A program made the translations under genes and the position numbers. Positions 55,130 to 64,000 of a stretch of 64,000 bases of DNA are shown piece after piece. Under the pieces are notes generated by a model that did not search any database, was not told the origin of the DNA, and saw only the letters and a list, made by a program, of their open reading frames with translations. Each line of letters starts with the position of its first letter. The first letter of the stretch is position 1. Source of the stretch: a virus; the IMG/VR virus record IMGVR_UViG_3300028666_000023, positions 121,104 to 185,103 of that record. One strand, given 5' to 3'.

Positions 55130-56122
55130 TCACACCTTCAGCGTGGCAATCACGTCAGTTTCGCTGCTCTCAGGCGATTGTTCCACACTGCTGCTCTGTA
55201 TGGGAATAGTTCGCCCCCCGATTGCAGGCGCGCGGACAGCGGGCGAGTTCGGCCGCGAGCCTCGTACTGTCACCAGCTGCGCAGGATTGAGCGGGTGCGG
55301 GACGAGCGGAAGTTGTGGCGGACCCTCTCCAGGATTCGGAGTATTCCCGTAGACGTCGCTCGCGAGCGGCGCGTACGGAGGCGGTCGGAAGCCTTGTACT
55401 TGTACTGGGAGGTTCACGCCGGCGGAGCTGATGGGCCCGCCGCGGCCCCCAGACGTGAGCTGCATCTCCTCGATCTGTCGCATGCGCAAACGGATCTGCA
55501 TCTGCAGGTTCTGGATGATGGGCCGGTTGAGCGGCGTGACTTGCGAGGTTCGGTAGAACTGGAAGGGACAAGTAACCGCGGTGGAGAAGTACTCATCCGC
55601 GCTGTCCGCAGCCACGAGCGAGCCGGCAGAAGTAGGGGAGCCGATCGCCGGCATGCGACCGATCTCGAAGAAGCCCGCTGCCATCAAGAGCTCGCGATGA
55701 AGCCAGAGTTGTTCTGCACAGACCCATGCGAGGAACTCCGTCTCGAGCGAGATGCGCGACAGGCAGTTGATCGTCATCGTGCCGGGGACAAGAACGGACT
55801 TCGTCTTCGTGCCGGTGGCTTGATTGAGCTCCAGCATGTCGTCGAGGCCGAGGGAATAGAACTGCACCGGTCCGCGCGTGATGGAGATCGCCGGACGCGA
55901 GCCCATCGTCGAGTCCTTCACCGGGCTCTCGTTCGTGATGTAGATCTCCGAGACGTCCTGCGTGTCCTCGGGCGACCAGTGATAGTTTCCGGGCATCGCA
56001 GCGCCGAAGAGTCCCTGCAGGAACCCGACGAAGAGCGAACGCGCGTGCTCGAGAGGCGAGTACTTGAAACTATCGCGCGGGAACGCCCCGCTCGGGGCTG
56101 TCGTGGGAACCTTCGCCGACAC
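55130..56122 (-). CDS. tail terminator/completion-like protein
   Basis: Directly upstream of sheath; RPAISITRG. Confidence 0.55.
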   Translation of the reverse strand: MSAKVPTTAPSGAFPRDSFKYSPLEHARSLFVGFLQGLFGAAMPGNYHWSPEDTQDVSEIYITNESPVKDSTMGSRPAISITRGPVQFYSLGLDDMLELNQATGTKTKSVLVPGTMTINCLSRISLETEFLAWVCAEQLWLHRELLMAAGFFEIGRMPAIGSPTSAGSLVAADSADEYFSTAVTCPFQFYRTSQVTPLNRPIIQNLQMQIRLRMRQIEEMQLTSGGRGGPISSAGVNLPVQVQGFRPPPYAPLASDVYGNTPNPGEGPPQLPLVPHPLNPAQLVTVRGSRPNSPAVRAPAIGGRTIPIQSSSVEQSPESSETDVIATLKV

Positions 56123-56429
56123 GTTGACTCATTTCTTTCTGCTGCTGACCCTGCGCCAAATTGTACGCGAGGCCGAGGCCGGCACCAAGGATGGGGGCGG
56201 CAGTGAGCAGCGTGGAGTGCGGGATGGGCTTGCCCGTGAAGTGTTGCACGGCCTTGTCAGCGTAGTGCGCAACGCCCGCACCTGCGAGCGTACCGAGTCC
56301 CATGCCGCCAACGCCCTTCAAAACCGCCTTCAATCGACGCTTGTTCGCGCTCTCCTCATCGGCTTCAGCCAATTTCAAGATCGCGCGCGCGTCATCACTG
56401 GGGAGGTAGTCGAGGAGGGTAGGTCTCAC
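56070..56429 (-). CDS. K-x-A motif glycine-zipper protein
   Basis: ILKLAE; GGMGLGTLAGAG; GTGA coupling. Confidence 0.55.
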   Translation of the reverse strand: MRPTLLDYLPSDDARAILKLAEADEESANKRRLKAVLKGVGGMGLGTLAGAGVAHYADKAVQHFTGKPIPHSTLLTAAPILGAGLGLAYNLAQGQQQKEMSQRVGEGSHDSPERGVPAR

Positions 56430-57325
56430 GGCGGGGGCCTCTTGGCGGGGAACAGACTCATGATGCCCGGGAAGCTGTCGTCGAGGAAGGCTTCGAGGTT
56501 CTGCGGGTTCGTGAAGTTCCTCTGGGGCGTGATCCACAAGTCCTTCAGTGCTTGGTCGAGTACGAGAGGAATCCTGAACTCGATGTCGCGTTGTTCTACC
56601 TCGTGCAGTTGTACTTCCTGATGCACGGACGCGCGCGCCTTCTCCGTCTGCGTGGCGGACACCACGCGCCAGCGTCGGTTCTCCGCCTCGATGATCACGT
56701 CGCGCGGCTTCACCGGAGGGAAGAACGCAAAGCGGCCGGTGGTGTTCACCTGCTGCGTCGAGCCGACGCTCATGTTCTGTTCCGTCTTCGGCGCGGGGTC
56801 GATCTGCAGGAACGTCTCGATGGGATGCATGTAGCCGCGCACCCACGTCGTGTCGAAGCACGTGAGGCAGTTCGAGCGCACCTTCGATCGCAGCTGCGGG
56901 TTCCAACACGAGCAGCGCTGGCCGAACGTGCGCACCGGAAGAACCCACGCGCGCCGACCTGCGAACTCCTTCATGAGAAGCTGCATCCGCTTGCGGAGCT
57001 CGATCGCGATGAGGTCCGGGTCCGGGTCGTGCGACGACGGACCGAAGTCCTTCTTGTCCCCCGACGGCACGTGCGTGACGCGGATGACGTAGTAGTACGT
57101 TCGCCAGCGGTGCCCGGCGACGAGGATGTTGTCGATGAAGACGTACTGGTCGGAGAGCGGGATGGCGATCGGCTCGAACGGCCCGCTTGGTCCCTCGCTG
57201 CGCAAGACCGTGTACGTGTAGTCGAGGATGTCCTCGGAAGAGGGAGCGAGCTCCCAGGAGATCTCGTGGAAGTCGACGTCGAGCGACCTCACGCGGATCG
57301 AGCGGACGTCGATCGAGACGGGCAC
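56426..57325 (-). CDS. neck/head-closure-like protein
   Basis: FN3-like N-terminus; GQRCSCW...CLTCFDT..VRGY; position. Confidence 0.6.
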   Translation of the reverse strand: MPVSIDVRSIRVRSLDVDFHEISWELAPSSEDILDYTYTVLRSEGPSGPFEPIAIPLSDQYVFIDNILVAGHRWRTYYYVIRVTHVPSGDKKDFGPSSHDPDPDLIAIELRKRMQLLMKEFAGRRAWVLPVRTFGQRCSCWNPQLRSKVRSNCLTCFDTTWVRGYMHPIETFLQIDPAPKTEQNMSVGSTQQVNTTGRFAFFPPVKPRDVIIEAENRRWRVVSATQTEKARASVHQEVQLHEVEQRDIEFRIPLVLDQALKDLWITPQRNFTNPQNLEAFLDDSFPGIMSLFPAKRPPP

Positions 57326-57326
57326 G

Positions 57327-58475
57327 TTACTCCTGCGGGATGCCCCGGATGAGACGCTCCGTCATCGCCATCTTCGGCTGGCCGAACATGTTGCGCTTCG
57401 CGAAGTCCATCGGGTTCGGCGGCGCGAGCGACGGCGTCGTCATGGACGGGTTCATGGACGGCATCGTAGCGCGTCCGCCCGGCGCCGGCGCGCCACCACC
57501 AACGAGGCCCTTCGCCTTGTCGACGAGTCCCCCGCCGTAGCTCTTCGCTGCACCGAGGAGGCTCTGCCCACCCTGCATGTTCTTGGCGATGCCGCCCGCC
57601 GCACTGCCAGCACCGGCGCCGAGCGCCGCGCCGCCAACCGCTCCCGAGAGACGGTGACCTTCACCGCCAGCGAGCGCGCCACCCGCGGCGCCGATCGCAG
57701 CACCGGTGAGCGCGGGGTTCTTCGCTGCGAAGCCGATCGCCTTTCCAGCCATCGGAGCGGCCTTTCCGAGAAGCCCGGCGATCGCGCCGAGGCCTCCCGC
57801 TTCCTTCGCGAGGAGCTGACCAGCTGCAACCGCGACCTTGCGGAGCTCGATCTGGTGCGCGTCGCCGCGCGCGAGCTCACGCCCGAGATTGTCGGCGAAC
57901 GCCCACTTCTCGCTGTTACGCGCGTGCTGCAGGAAGAAGACCGCGGTCGCCGAGGCGGTCTTGCCGCCGACGATGCCCTGCGAGTTGTCCTGCACGCCCT
58001 CGGCGGGAACAGCACCCATGGCACCAGCGCCTTGCGCGGGAGCGTCGGGGCCCGCTTGCGGGGGCGGTGGAGACATCGGTGCGCCGGCCATGCCCGCTTG
58101 CTCCTTCGCGAGTTGGAGCTCGAGGAGACGACGCTGGAGACGGATCTTGTCCTTCATGTCCCACACCTGATCTTCTTCGCGACCGCGCGCGCGCATCTCC
58201 TCGCGGCGCTGCATGCTCAGCATGTCCGCCTGAATCTCTTGCTGCTCGAGGGCGATCGCCTGGTCCATGAGCGGCGAGCCCTGGAACTGCGTGATCCACG
58301 AGTGGTAGCTGTCGTCCTTGCACTCGGGCGTGGCGAAGGCGGTCTTCACCGAGCCGACGTGCGCGAGCTTCGAGAGGTCCTCGTCCGGAAGCTGCCGAAG
58401 AAGCTCTTCGATGTCGCCGACGAACGTCGTGCGCTTCTGCACTTGGTACGCGTGCTTCAGGAAGGTGTCCAACAT
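57327..58475 (-). CDS. K-x-A motif glycine-zipper protein
   Basis: LKHA, SKLA, VKTA, GKTA, EKWA, RKVA, AKEA. Confidence 0.7.
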   Translation of the reverse strand: MLDTFLKHAYQVQKRTTFVGDIEELLRQLPDEDLSKLAHVGSVKTAFATPECKDDSYHSWITQFQGSPLMDQAIALEQQEIQADMLSMQRREEMRARGREEDQVWDMKDKIRLQRRLLELQLAKEQAGMAGAPMSPPPPQAGPDAPAQGAGAMGAVPAEGVQDNSQGIVGGKTASATAVFFLQHARNSEKWAFADNLGRELARGDAHQIELRKVAVAAGQLLAKEAGGLGAIAGLLGKAAPMAGKAIGFAAKNPALTGAAIGAAGGALAGGEGHRLSGAVGGAALGAGAGSAAGGIAKNMQGGQSLLGAAKSYGGGLVDKAKGLVGGGAPAPGGRATMPSMNPSMTTPSLAPPNPMDFAKRNMFGQPKMAMTERLIRGIPQE

Positions 58476-58484
58476 CGTCGTCTC

Positions 58485-60236
58485 CTACTTTCCTCGAATG
58501 GTCTTGATGTCGGAGGCCATGCCGCCGACATCGTCCTTGATCGACTTGGCCGCGTTCACGAACGCGGGTCCGACGCGCGCGCCGGTTGTCGCGCCCAAGA
58601 GCGCGCCGGCCATCGTAGCAGCAGCTGGGTGCTTCGCGGCGTGCTCGCCGAGCGTGAGACGCCCGCGAGAGAGCGCGAGGCTCATCGCATCACCGGTCGT
58701 GCGCGCGTCGCCCTTGGCCTCGAGCTCCTGCACCTTCTGGCGCACGGGCTCGTTGCTCATCTGCGACTCGGCGAGTCCGAGGCCGCCGCCGATCAACCCG
58801 CCGACAGCGGCGTGCGGAGCGACGGCCTTGAGACCCGACATTCCTTCGTGCATGGCGTTGCTGAGGAGGTCCCGAAGGGCTCCGACCTTCTCAGCTCCGA
58901 CGAAAGGGAGTTGCACCCGCACGCTCGAGAGCGCTTCCTTCCCTGGCGAACGGCCAGAAGAACCGTCAGCCGGTTCCTTTTGGCTCATGCTGGTCGTCGG
59001 GCTCGGGTCCTGCTGCTGGCTCGTCGAAGAGCGCGCGCTGACCTGATCGTCGCCGGTCGGTGCCGCGCTGTTCGGCGCGGTGCCGGGGCTCGGTGCTTGA
59101 TCTGCCGCGCCTTGCGTCGGTGCCGGGCCGGAGCTCGGACCTGCTGCGGTTGAAGCCGCCGCGAGCGCGGCCTCGTTGCCGGAGAGCGACGGGGGATCGA
59201 CGGAAGCGGCTTGGAGCAGCTGGCCGCGGAGCTGCTGGTACGCGATGCGCATCGCTGCCGCGGCCTGCTGATTCTGCAGGACCTCGTCGTGCGCGGTCAT
59301 CGCCGTGTTCGTCGCGTCCGCAACCTGCGCCTGATACTGCGCGAGCTGCGAGTCCGTCATCTGCTGCTTGGTCTCGAGCTGCTGCGCCTTCGTCTCGGCC
59401 TCTTGCTGCGCGGCTGTCGCGGCGGTGAGCGCCTCGCGCGCGTGCGCGAGCTGCGCCGCCATGGCCTGCGTGTCGGCCTCCTGCTCGGCGGCGAGGTACT
59501 GCTGCATCTCGGGGTCGAGCTGGGGTTCGACGGCGGGCGGCGACTGGAGGTTCTGCTGACCGGGCGGACCGCCAGTCGGGCTCGGCATCCCTTGTTGCGC
59601 GGGCATGCCTGCATCCTCGAGCGCGAGCTTGAAGGCCGAGGCCGCCTTGGTGTACGCGCGCTCGTCGTGTGCCTTGCCGGCGTGACGACCGAGGCCCGCG
59701 CCGACGTGCTGTCCGAGCGCAGCGCCCGCGATGTCGACCATCGGGTTGCCCTTGCCGATCTTGTGCGCGGCTGCGGCGCCGGCGGCGAGACCTGCGATGC
59801 GACCGAGCGACGAGCCTGAGCGCTCTCCATGGCGGTGGCTCTCGCGTTCGAAGTGCGCCGCCGTGTTCGCTTCGCCGCGCGCCTTGCCCGCTTCCGCCGG
59901 CGAGGACTTCGACGCGTTCTTCCCCATCGCAGCGTTCGGGAGCTGCACCGGCGGCGCGGGCGCCATGACGGTGCCCTTCGACATCGGGGGGAGCTGCGAG
60001 GGTGAGCCGGGGTAGCCGGTCATCTCGTTTGCGCGCTTCAGATGGCCGGGGGCCGTCACCGCGATCGCAGCGGCTTGCTTCAAGATCTCCGCGCGCTCTT
60101 CTTCCGGAAGCGTCTCGAGCTGAGCGAACGCCTCCCTCACACTCGCGTTCTTCTCCCCGCCCTTCAGGCGAATGAAGAACGCGGCCGCCTCACCTTGAGG
60201 CAGCGGCTGTTGCAGGAACGTCTCGAGCTGATTCAT
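58485..60236 (-). CDS. K-x-A motif glycine-zipper/coiled-coil protein
   Basis: EKNA, LKQA, GKNA, FKLA, GKEA, EKVG. Confidence 0.7.
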   Translation of the reverse strand: MNQLETFLQQPLPQGEAAAFFIRLKGGEKNASVREAFAQLETLPEEERAEILKQAAAIAVTAPGHLKRANEMTGYPGSPSQLPPMSKGTVMAPAPPVQLPNAAMGKNASKSSPAEAGKARGEANTAAHFERESHRHGERSGSSLGRIAGLAAGAAAAHKIGKGNPMVDIAGAALGQHVGAGLGRHAGKAHDERAYTKAASAFKLALEDAGMPAQQGMPSPTGGPPGQQNLQSPPAVEPQLDPEMQQYLAAEQEADTQAMAAQLAHAREALTAATAAQQEAETKAQQLETKQQMTDSQLAQYQAQVADATNTAMTAHDEVLQNQQAAAAMRIAYQQLRGQLLQAASVDPPSLSGNEAALAAASTAAGPSSGPAPTQGAADQAPSPGTAPNSAAPTGDDQVSARSSTSQQQDPSPTTSMSQKEPADGSSGRSPGKEALSSVRVQLPFVGAEKVGALRDLLSNAMHEGMSGLKAVAPHAAVGGLIGGGLGLAESQMSNEPVRQKVQELEAKGDARTTGDAMSLALSRGRLTLGEHAAKHPAAATMAGALLGATTGARVGPAFVNAAKSIKDDVGGMASDIKTIRGK

Positions 60237-60239
60237 CGG

Positions 60240-60761
60240 TCACTCCAAAGTGTAGATGATGTGCGCGTTGTCGTTCGTGACGCCGGCCCACGTCCATGCC
60301 GGCGGAGTCGAGCTCGGCGGCGGCGCGTAGACCTTGCCCGCAGTGTTGACCGAGGTGTCGAAGCCGAGCAACGTTGCACCGGTGCTGGTCTTGTTGATCG
60401 TGACGCCGTTGGTAGGCGTGACCTCGATGATGGCGAGGCGGCCGTCGATCGCGAGGACCTTCACCGTGGCGAGCGCGGTCTCGATCTGCGCCTTGAGGTC
60501 GGACAGGAGCAGCGTGTTGATGTCGGGGTTGTTCGCCGCGACCGACGTCGTGAAGGTCACGGTCGCAACGCTCGGCTGGACGAAGATCAACGTCTTGCCG
60601 ACGAGACCCGCGATGCCGAGTCCGAGGTTGTTCGGGCTCCCGCCGTTGCCTGCTGGCTGCGAGCCGGCCATGGGGACGACTCGCGAGCCGAGCAGGCCAC
60701 CATTGAGGAAGTGCTGGGCCTCGACGATGTCCTTGAACTTGTAGATCTTGTTGACGGACAT
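60240..60761 (-). CDS. virion protein sharing the sheath insertion domain
   Basis: GKTLIF..TVTF..LKAQI..ATLLGF. Confidence 0.6.
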   Translation of the reverse strand: MSVNKIYKFKDIVEAQHFLNGGLLGSRVVPMAGSQPAGNGGSPNNLGLGIAGLVGKTLIFVQPSVATVTFTTSVAANNPDINTLLLSDLKAQIETALATVKVLAIDGRLAIIEVTPTNGVTINKTSTGATLLGFDTSVNTAGKVYAPPPSSTPPAWTWAGVTNDNAHIIYTLE

Positions 60762-60768
60762 TTTTCCC

Positions 60769-61416
60769 TCAGTTCAACTCCGCGGCTTCTACATTGTAGG
60801 ACCCGCAGTCACTGCAACGGAAGCACGCGCCCTTGCCATGCTTACCTTGCCGCAGCTGCAGGTTCTTACTGCCGTTGTTTTGCTTGTCGCCGTCCTTGTG
60901 GTGAACGGTCTCATCGTCGCGCAGCGGGCGTCCCAGCTTTTGCGCCATCACCAGGCGGTGCTCGAGGCAGTAGCGGTTGGGACCGCCCGTCTTGATCTGC
61001 GCCATCTCGTAGAACGGGTGGTCGGGCGCCAGTTGCACGAGCACGTAGCCGCCCTCCGTCACGATGCGCCCACCCTTCCAAGCGTGATGACCCTCACCCG
61101 TTTGAAAGCCGGCGGGCCGTGCCTGCACACCCACCTTCTTCGCGTACTTGTTCACCGTGCGCCACGAGAGCTTCAACTGCTGTGCGATCTGCTGGAAGGA
61201 TTTCCCAGACGTGTACATCTGTGAGATCTGCATCTTCTCCGCGTCGCTCAAGTAATCCCGACGCTTCTTGCGGAGAGGGACACCGAGACGACCAAGTGCA
61301 TCGTACACAGTGTTCTTGTGAACTCCGTGCTGCGCCGCGATCTTCTCCGGTTGTTCTCCGCGCAGGTACATGGTCTTGATGGTTTCGAGTTCGTCTGGTT
61401 GAAGGTGTCGTTGCAT
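60769..61416 (-). CDS. HNH endonuclease with two HTHs
   Basis: WKGGR..GYV..EHRLVMAQKLGRPL..VHHKDGDKQNN. Confidence 0.9.
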   Translation of the reverse strand: MQRHLQPDELETIKTMYLRGEQPEKIAAQHGVHKNTVYDALGRLGVPLRKKRRDYLSDAEKMQISQMYTSGKSFQQIAQQLKLSWRTVNKYAKKVGVQARPAGFQTGEGHHAWKGGRIVTEGGYVLVQLAPDHPFYEMAQIKTGGPNRYCLEHRLVMAQKLGRPLRDDETVHHKDGDKQNNGSKNLQLRQGKHGKGACFRCSDCGSYNVEAAELN

Positions 61417-61446
61417 GAAGTAAGCATAGCACCAAATACTATGCTT

Positions 61447-61947
61447 TCAATAAGCCGCGTAGGTCGCGTTGACTGACCAGAGCTCGCTGTGAATGCCGGA
61501 GTTCGACGGCCCGAGGATCGAGCCGATGTTGATCGCCACCTTCACGCGCTGCTTCATCTGCTCCGTCTTCGCCATGAAGTACTGGAGCCACGACTGCACG
61601 AGAGCGGTCTTGTCGTTGACGCCGACGTTGATGCCGCCGTCGGAGTAGTTGATGTGGTTCCTCGTTTGAAGAAGACCGACCGACTCGAGGAGTGAGATGG
61701 TGGTCATGCGCAGGAGGAGGTTGTGCTGGTTCAACTGGAGGAGGTCCTCGAGCGACAGAATCGTGAAGTGCGGAGTGCCGTTGAAGTCGGCGAGTGCATC
61801 GAGCACTGCCCAGGCGACGATTCGATCGCTCGACTCCTCGCCCGACACGATGCGATTGAGCTCAGGGAAGTCCCGGTGGAACAAGCGGACCAACTGGACG
61901 AAGTCCCTGAAGGTCTGCGTCATGCCGGGAATTCCCTGGAGCGACAT
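61447..61947 (-). CDS. head-tail adaptor-like protein
   Basis: Position after capsid cluster; NYSDGGINV. Confidence 0.55.
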   Translation of the reverse strand: MSLQGIPGMTQTFRDFVQLVRLFHRDFPELNRIVSGEESSDRIVAWAVLDALADFNGTPHFTILSLEDLLQLNQHNLLLRMTTISLLESVGLLQTRNHINYSDGGINVGVNDKTALVQSWLQYFMAKTEQMKQRVKVAINIGSILGPSNSGIHSELWSVNATYAAY

Positions 61948-61950
61948 CGA

Positions 61951-62277
61951 TCAGCCGTCCTTCTTGCTGCTCTTCGGGGGAAGAGAAGCCTTCGCCGGCT
62001 GCTTGTCGTCGGACTTGTCCATCGGAGCTGCCTTCGCGGCTTCTTCCGCCGCGCGCTTCGACGCGTCGGCGTAGCCCTTCGGCGGGGCCCCGAGCGCGAG
62101 AATGCCCATGTCGACGAGCTCGTTGATGCCGTCGAGCTTGGCCTGCACTGCGTCGTCGGGGAGATCGACGCTGGTGCCGGGGGACAAGAGCGCCTTGCCC
62201 ACGCAGATGGTGTGACCGACGAGACCGCGCTGCTTGAGCTTCTTGGTCTCGACGTCGGAGATGTTGAAGACCTTCAT
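61951..62277 (-). CDS. hypothetical protein
   Basis: GGAGG RBS; ATGA coupling. Confidence 0.6.
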   Translation of the reverse strand: MKVFNISDVETKKLKQRGLVGHTICVGKALLSPGTSVDLPDDAVQAKLDGINELVDMGILALGAPPKGYADASKRAAEEAAKAAPMDKSDDKQPAKASLPPKSSKKDG

Positions 62278-62996
62278 TTGTTCCTCCGGCTCTTGCCTTT
62301 GCTTGAGGATACACCGGCGACGACTTCGGTGTCGCGCGTGTCTCCGGGCGGAGCGGTGTCGTCGTCGACTTCTTCGTCGTCACCGGATTCGGCGATCGCT
62401 TTCTTGAGCGCCCCCTCTTCAGCGGCGTCGAGGTCCTCGGCCTTCTTCTTGGCGGCTTCCTCTTCGGCCTGCTTGGCCTCGAGCGCGGCGCGGTCTTCCT
62501 CGGCCTTCTTCTCGAGGACGGCCGGGAGCTTGCCCGGGGGCAGGACCGCTGGCATGGAGCTCTGGTCGTCGCCGACGTACGGCGGGATGACCTCGCCGAT
62601 GCCCTTGTTCTTGTCGTTTGCGATGCTGTCGAGCGGGAAGTTCGGCAGCGGCGGCGAAGGCAGGTTGGGAGTGACCTCGAGCGTCTCGACGTCGAGCTTG
62701 CTGCCGTCTGCGAGACGAACTTCGAGCAGGCCTGCCTTCACACGGCCCTTGATCTCCTCGAGGTGTTTCATGAACTGCGCCTCGCTGAGCGCGAGCGCGC
62801 GAGCGCGAACGATGCGGTGCTCACCTCCGCCGAGGTGCTGCTTCATACCGCGGTGAGACGCGGCGGCGTAACGCTGCGTGCGGTTGTGGCGGGAGCGCGA
62901 GGTGTTGTGGATGAAGTACTTCGGTTGCTCCGGCGGCGAAGTCTCCACGCCGTCTTCCGGCGCCTCGTCTTGATCTTGCACTTGGTCTTCGGACAT
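62274..62996 (-). CDS. hypothetical protein downstream of capsid gene
   Basis: AGGAG RBS. Confidence 0.65.
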   Translation of the reverse strand: MSEDQVQDQDEAPEDGVETSPPEQPKYFIHNTSRSRHNRTQRYAAASHRGMKQHLGGGEHRIVRARALALSEAQFMKHLEEIKGRVKAGLLEVRLADGSKLDVETLEVTPNLPSPPLPNFPLDSIANDKNKGIGEVIPPYVGDDQSSMPAVLPPGKLPAVLEKKAEEDRAALEAKQAEEEAAKKKAEDLDAAEEGALKKAIAESGDDEEVDDDTAPPGDTRDTEVVAGVSSSKGKSRRNK

Positions 62997-63023
62997 GACG
63001 TCTCCTGGTGGAATGCTGAAACG

Positions 63024-63057
63024 AAAAAGGCGGCACGGGTTTGAGGCCCGTACCGCC
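63024..63057 (-). terminator. terminator after major capsid gene
   Basis: GGCGGTACGGG/CCCGTGCCGCC stem followed by T5. Confidence 0.75.
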
Positions 63058-63081
63058 CTTCGGGCCCGAGGGCCTGGTTGC

Positions 63082-64000
63082 TCAGAACTGGGTGACGTTG
63101 GGGAACTTGAGCCCCGCGTCGACCTGGTTGTTCGGAGCGCCGAGCGAGTCCTCGCTGACCGGCACGAAGTTGGACAAGAGGCTGTCCGCGTTCGTGTTCG
63201 GGTTCGCGTCGGCCGAGTAGAGCTCGAGCTTGCGAACCGCGGCGATGTTGATGATCGCCATGCCGATGTCTTCCCACGCTTGGAACGTGATGACGTTGGC
63301 GATCTTGTCGATGTAGAACTTGGTGTTGTTCAGGACGTAGAACTTCCCGAAGAACTCCGGCTTCGTGAAGACGTAGACGTTGCCTGCACGCAGGATGTCC
63401 GTCTTCACCGTACGGATGTACGAACGACCCATGAGGGTGTTGTACTTGAAGCCGTCGACCGCCGTCTCCGACTGGAGACGATCGCCGAAGTCCTCGACCG
63501 TCCACTGGAGGATGTCGTCCCAGTCGACCTCCGTCATGAGGAGGCGCTCCGAACGAAGGCGGTTGCCGTCGAGGAGCTTGAACAGGTTGACGAGGTCGGG
63601 GCGCTGGATCGGGCGCACCGTCGCGTCGTTGCCGGTCGCGTTGCGCGCGAGCTCGCCCTTGCGGATCGAGAACTCGACGACCGTGCCGGCCTGGAGCGAC
63701 GACGCGTTGAGCGCGTGGCCGTTGCCGCCACCGTTCGACTGCGCCTGGAGCGCCTGGCATGCCGCCTCGACGTTCACCGTGAACTCGCGGTCCTCGACCT
63801 CTTGCAGGTCTTTGACCGAGTTTTCCTCGATGATCTTCGTGATCGGCATCTCGTACGCGAGGAGCTCCTGCTCCGTCTTCTGGAAGACTTCCGAGGAGAC
63901 GGTGAAGAAGCCGACTTCCGCCTTCGAACCGCGGATGAAGCGGGCCGTCGGCTGACCGCGGAACGAGATCGTGAGCGCGCGGCTTTGCGGCTCGACGTCC
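63082..64000 (-). CDS. major capsid protein (partial, open to right edge)
   Basis: Frame open to window end; highly biased codons; followed by terminator; upstream of neck and tail genes; EFFGKFY...AWEDIGMAI. Confidence 0.7.
   Translation of the reverse strand, partial: DVEPQSRALTISFRGQPTARFIRGSKAEVGFFTVSSEVFQKTEQELLAYEMPITKIIEENSVKDLQEVEDREFTVNVEAACQALQAQSNGGGNGHALNASSLQAGTVVEFSIRKGELARNATGNDATVRPIQRPDLVNLFKLLDGNRLRSERLLMTEVDWDDILQWTVEDFGDRLQSETAVDGFKYNTLMGRSYIRTVKTDILRAGNVYVFTKPEFFGKFYVLNNTKFYIDKIANVITFQAWEDIGMAIINIAAVRKLELYSADANPNTNADSLLSNFVPVSEDSLGAPNNQVDAGLKFPNVTQF

Noticed and set aside
51616-55209. 1197-aa plus-strand ORF, and similar long ORFs at 5898-8000, 33655-35172 and 57228-59153
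   Set aside because: Antisense shadows of real minus-strand genes in high-GC DNA; Arg/Val-rich with no motifs.
17619-56122. Tail genes as an eCIS, tailocin or T6SS locus
   Set aside because: Capsid, neck, helicase and nucleotide-metabolism genes indicate a complete phage.
1-64000. Stop-codon reassignment
   Set aside because: TAG, TGA and TAA all end recognisable full-length genes, and coding density is high under the standard code.
1-64000. tRNA or rRNA genes
   Set aside because: No canonical T-arm or cloverleaf was seen by eye apart from the tmRNA; tRNAscan-SE would be needed to exclude them.

Overview
This is a high-GC, gene-dense 64 kb segment of a large (probably jumbo) contractile-tailed phage genome. 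Most genes are on the minus strand. The window runs from a partial major capsid gene at the right edge through head-tail and neck genes, tail sheath and tube, nucleotide-metabolism genes (dCMP deaminase, dNMP kinase), a tail assembly chaperone with a -1 frameshift site, GroES, tape measure and baseplate genes, a sigma factor, a tmRNA and a MazG-like gene, to a partial Dda/RecD-like helicase at the left edge. Four free-standing nucleases are present (three HNH, one EndoVII). The most notable observations are: (1) about 11 otherwise dissimilar proteins share an F-x-[DS]-E-L-x-K-[IL]-[AG] or K-x-[AG] motif, a possible capsid-cargo or maturation-cleavage signal, and one of them carries a protein-kinase-like domain; (2) a plus-strand array of small gene cassettes has a conserved GCAAA-N15/16-GGGATAAG promoter before most units and hairpin+TTTTAGCYWC terminators; (3) a one-piece tmRNA carries the alphaproteobacterial GGCAGUA T-loop, and its CCA end shares a base with the ATG of an HNH gene. 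All product calls come from motif recognition by eye; no searches were run.
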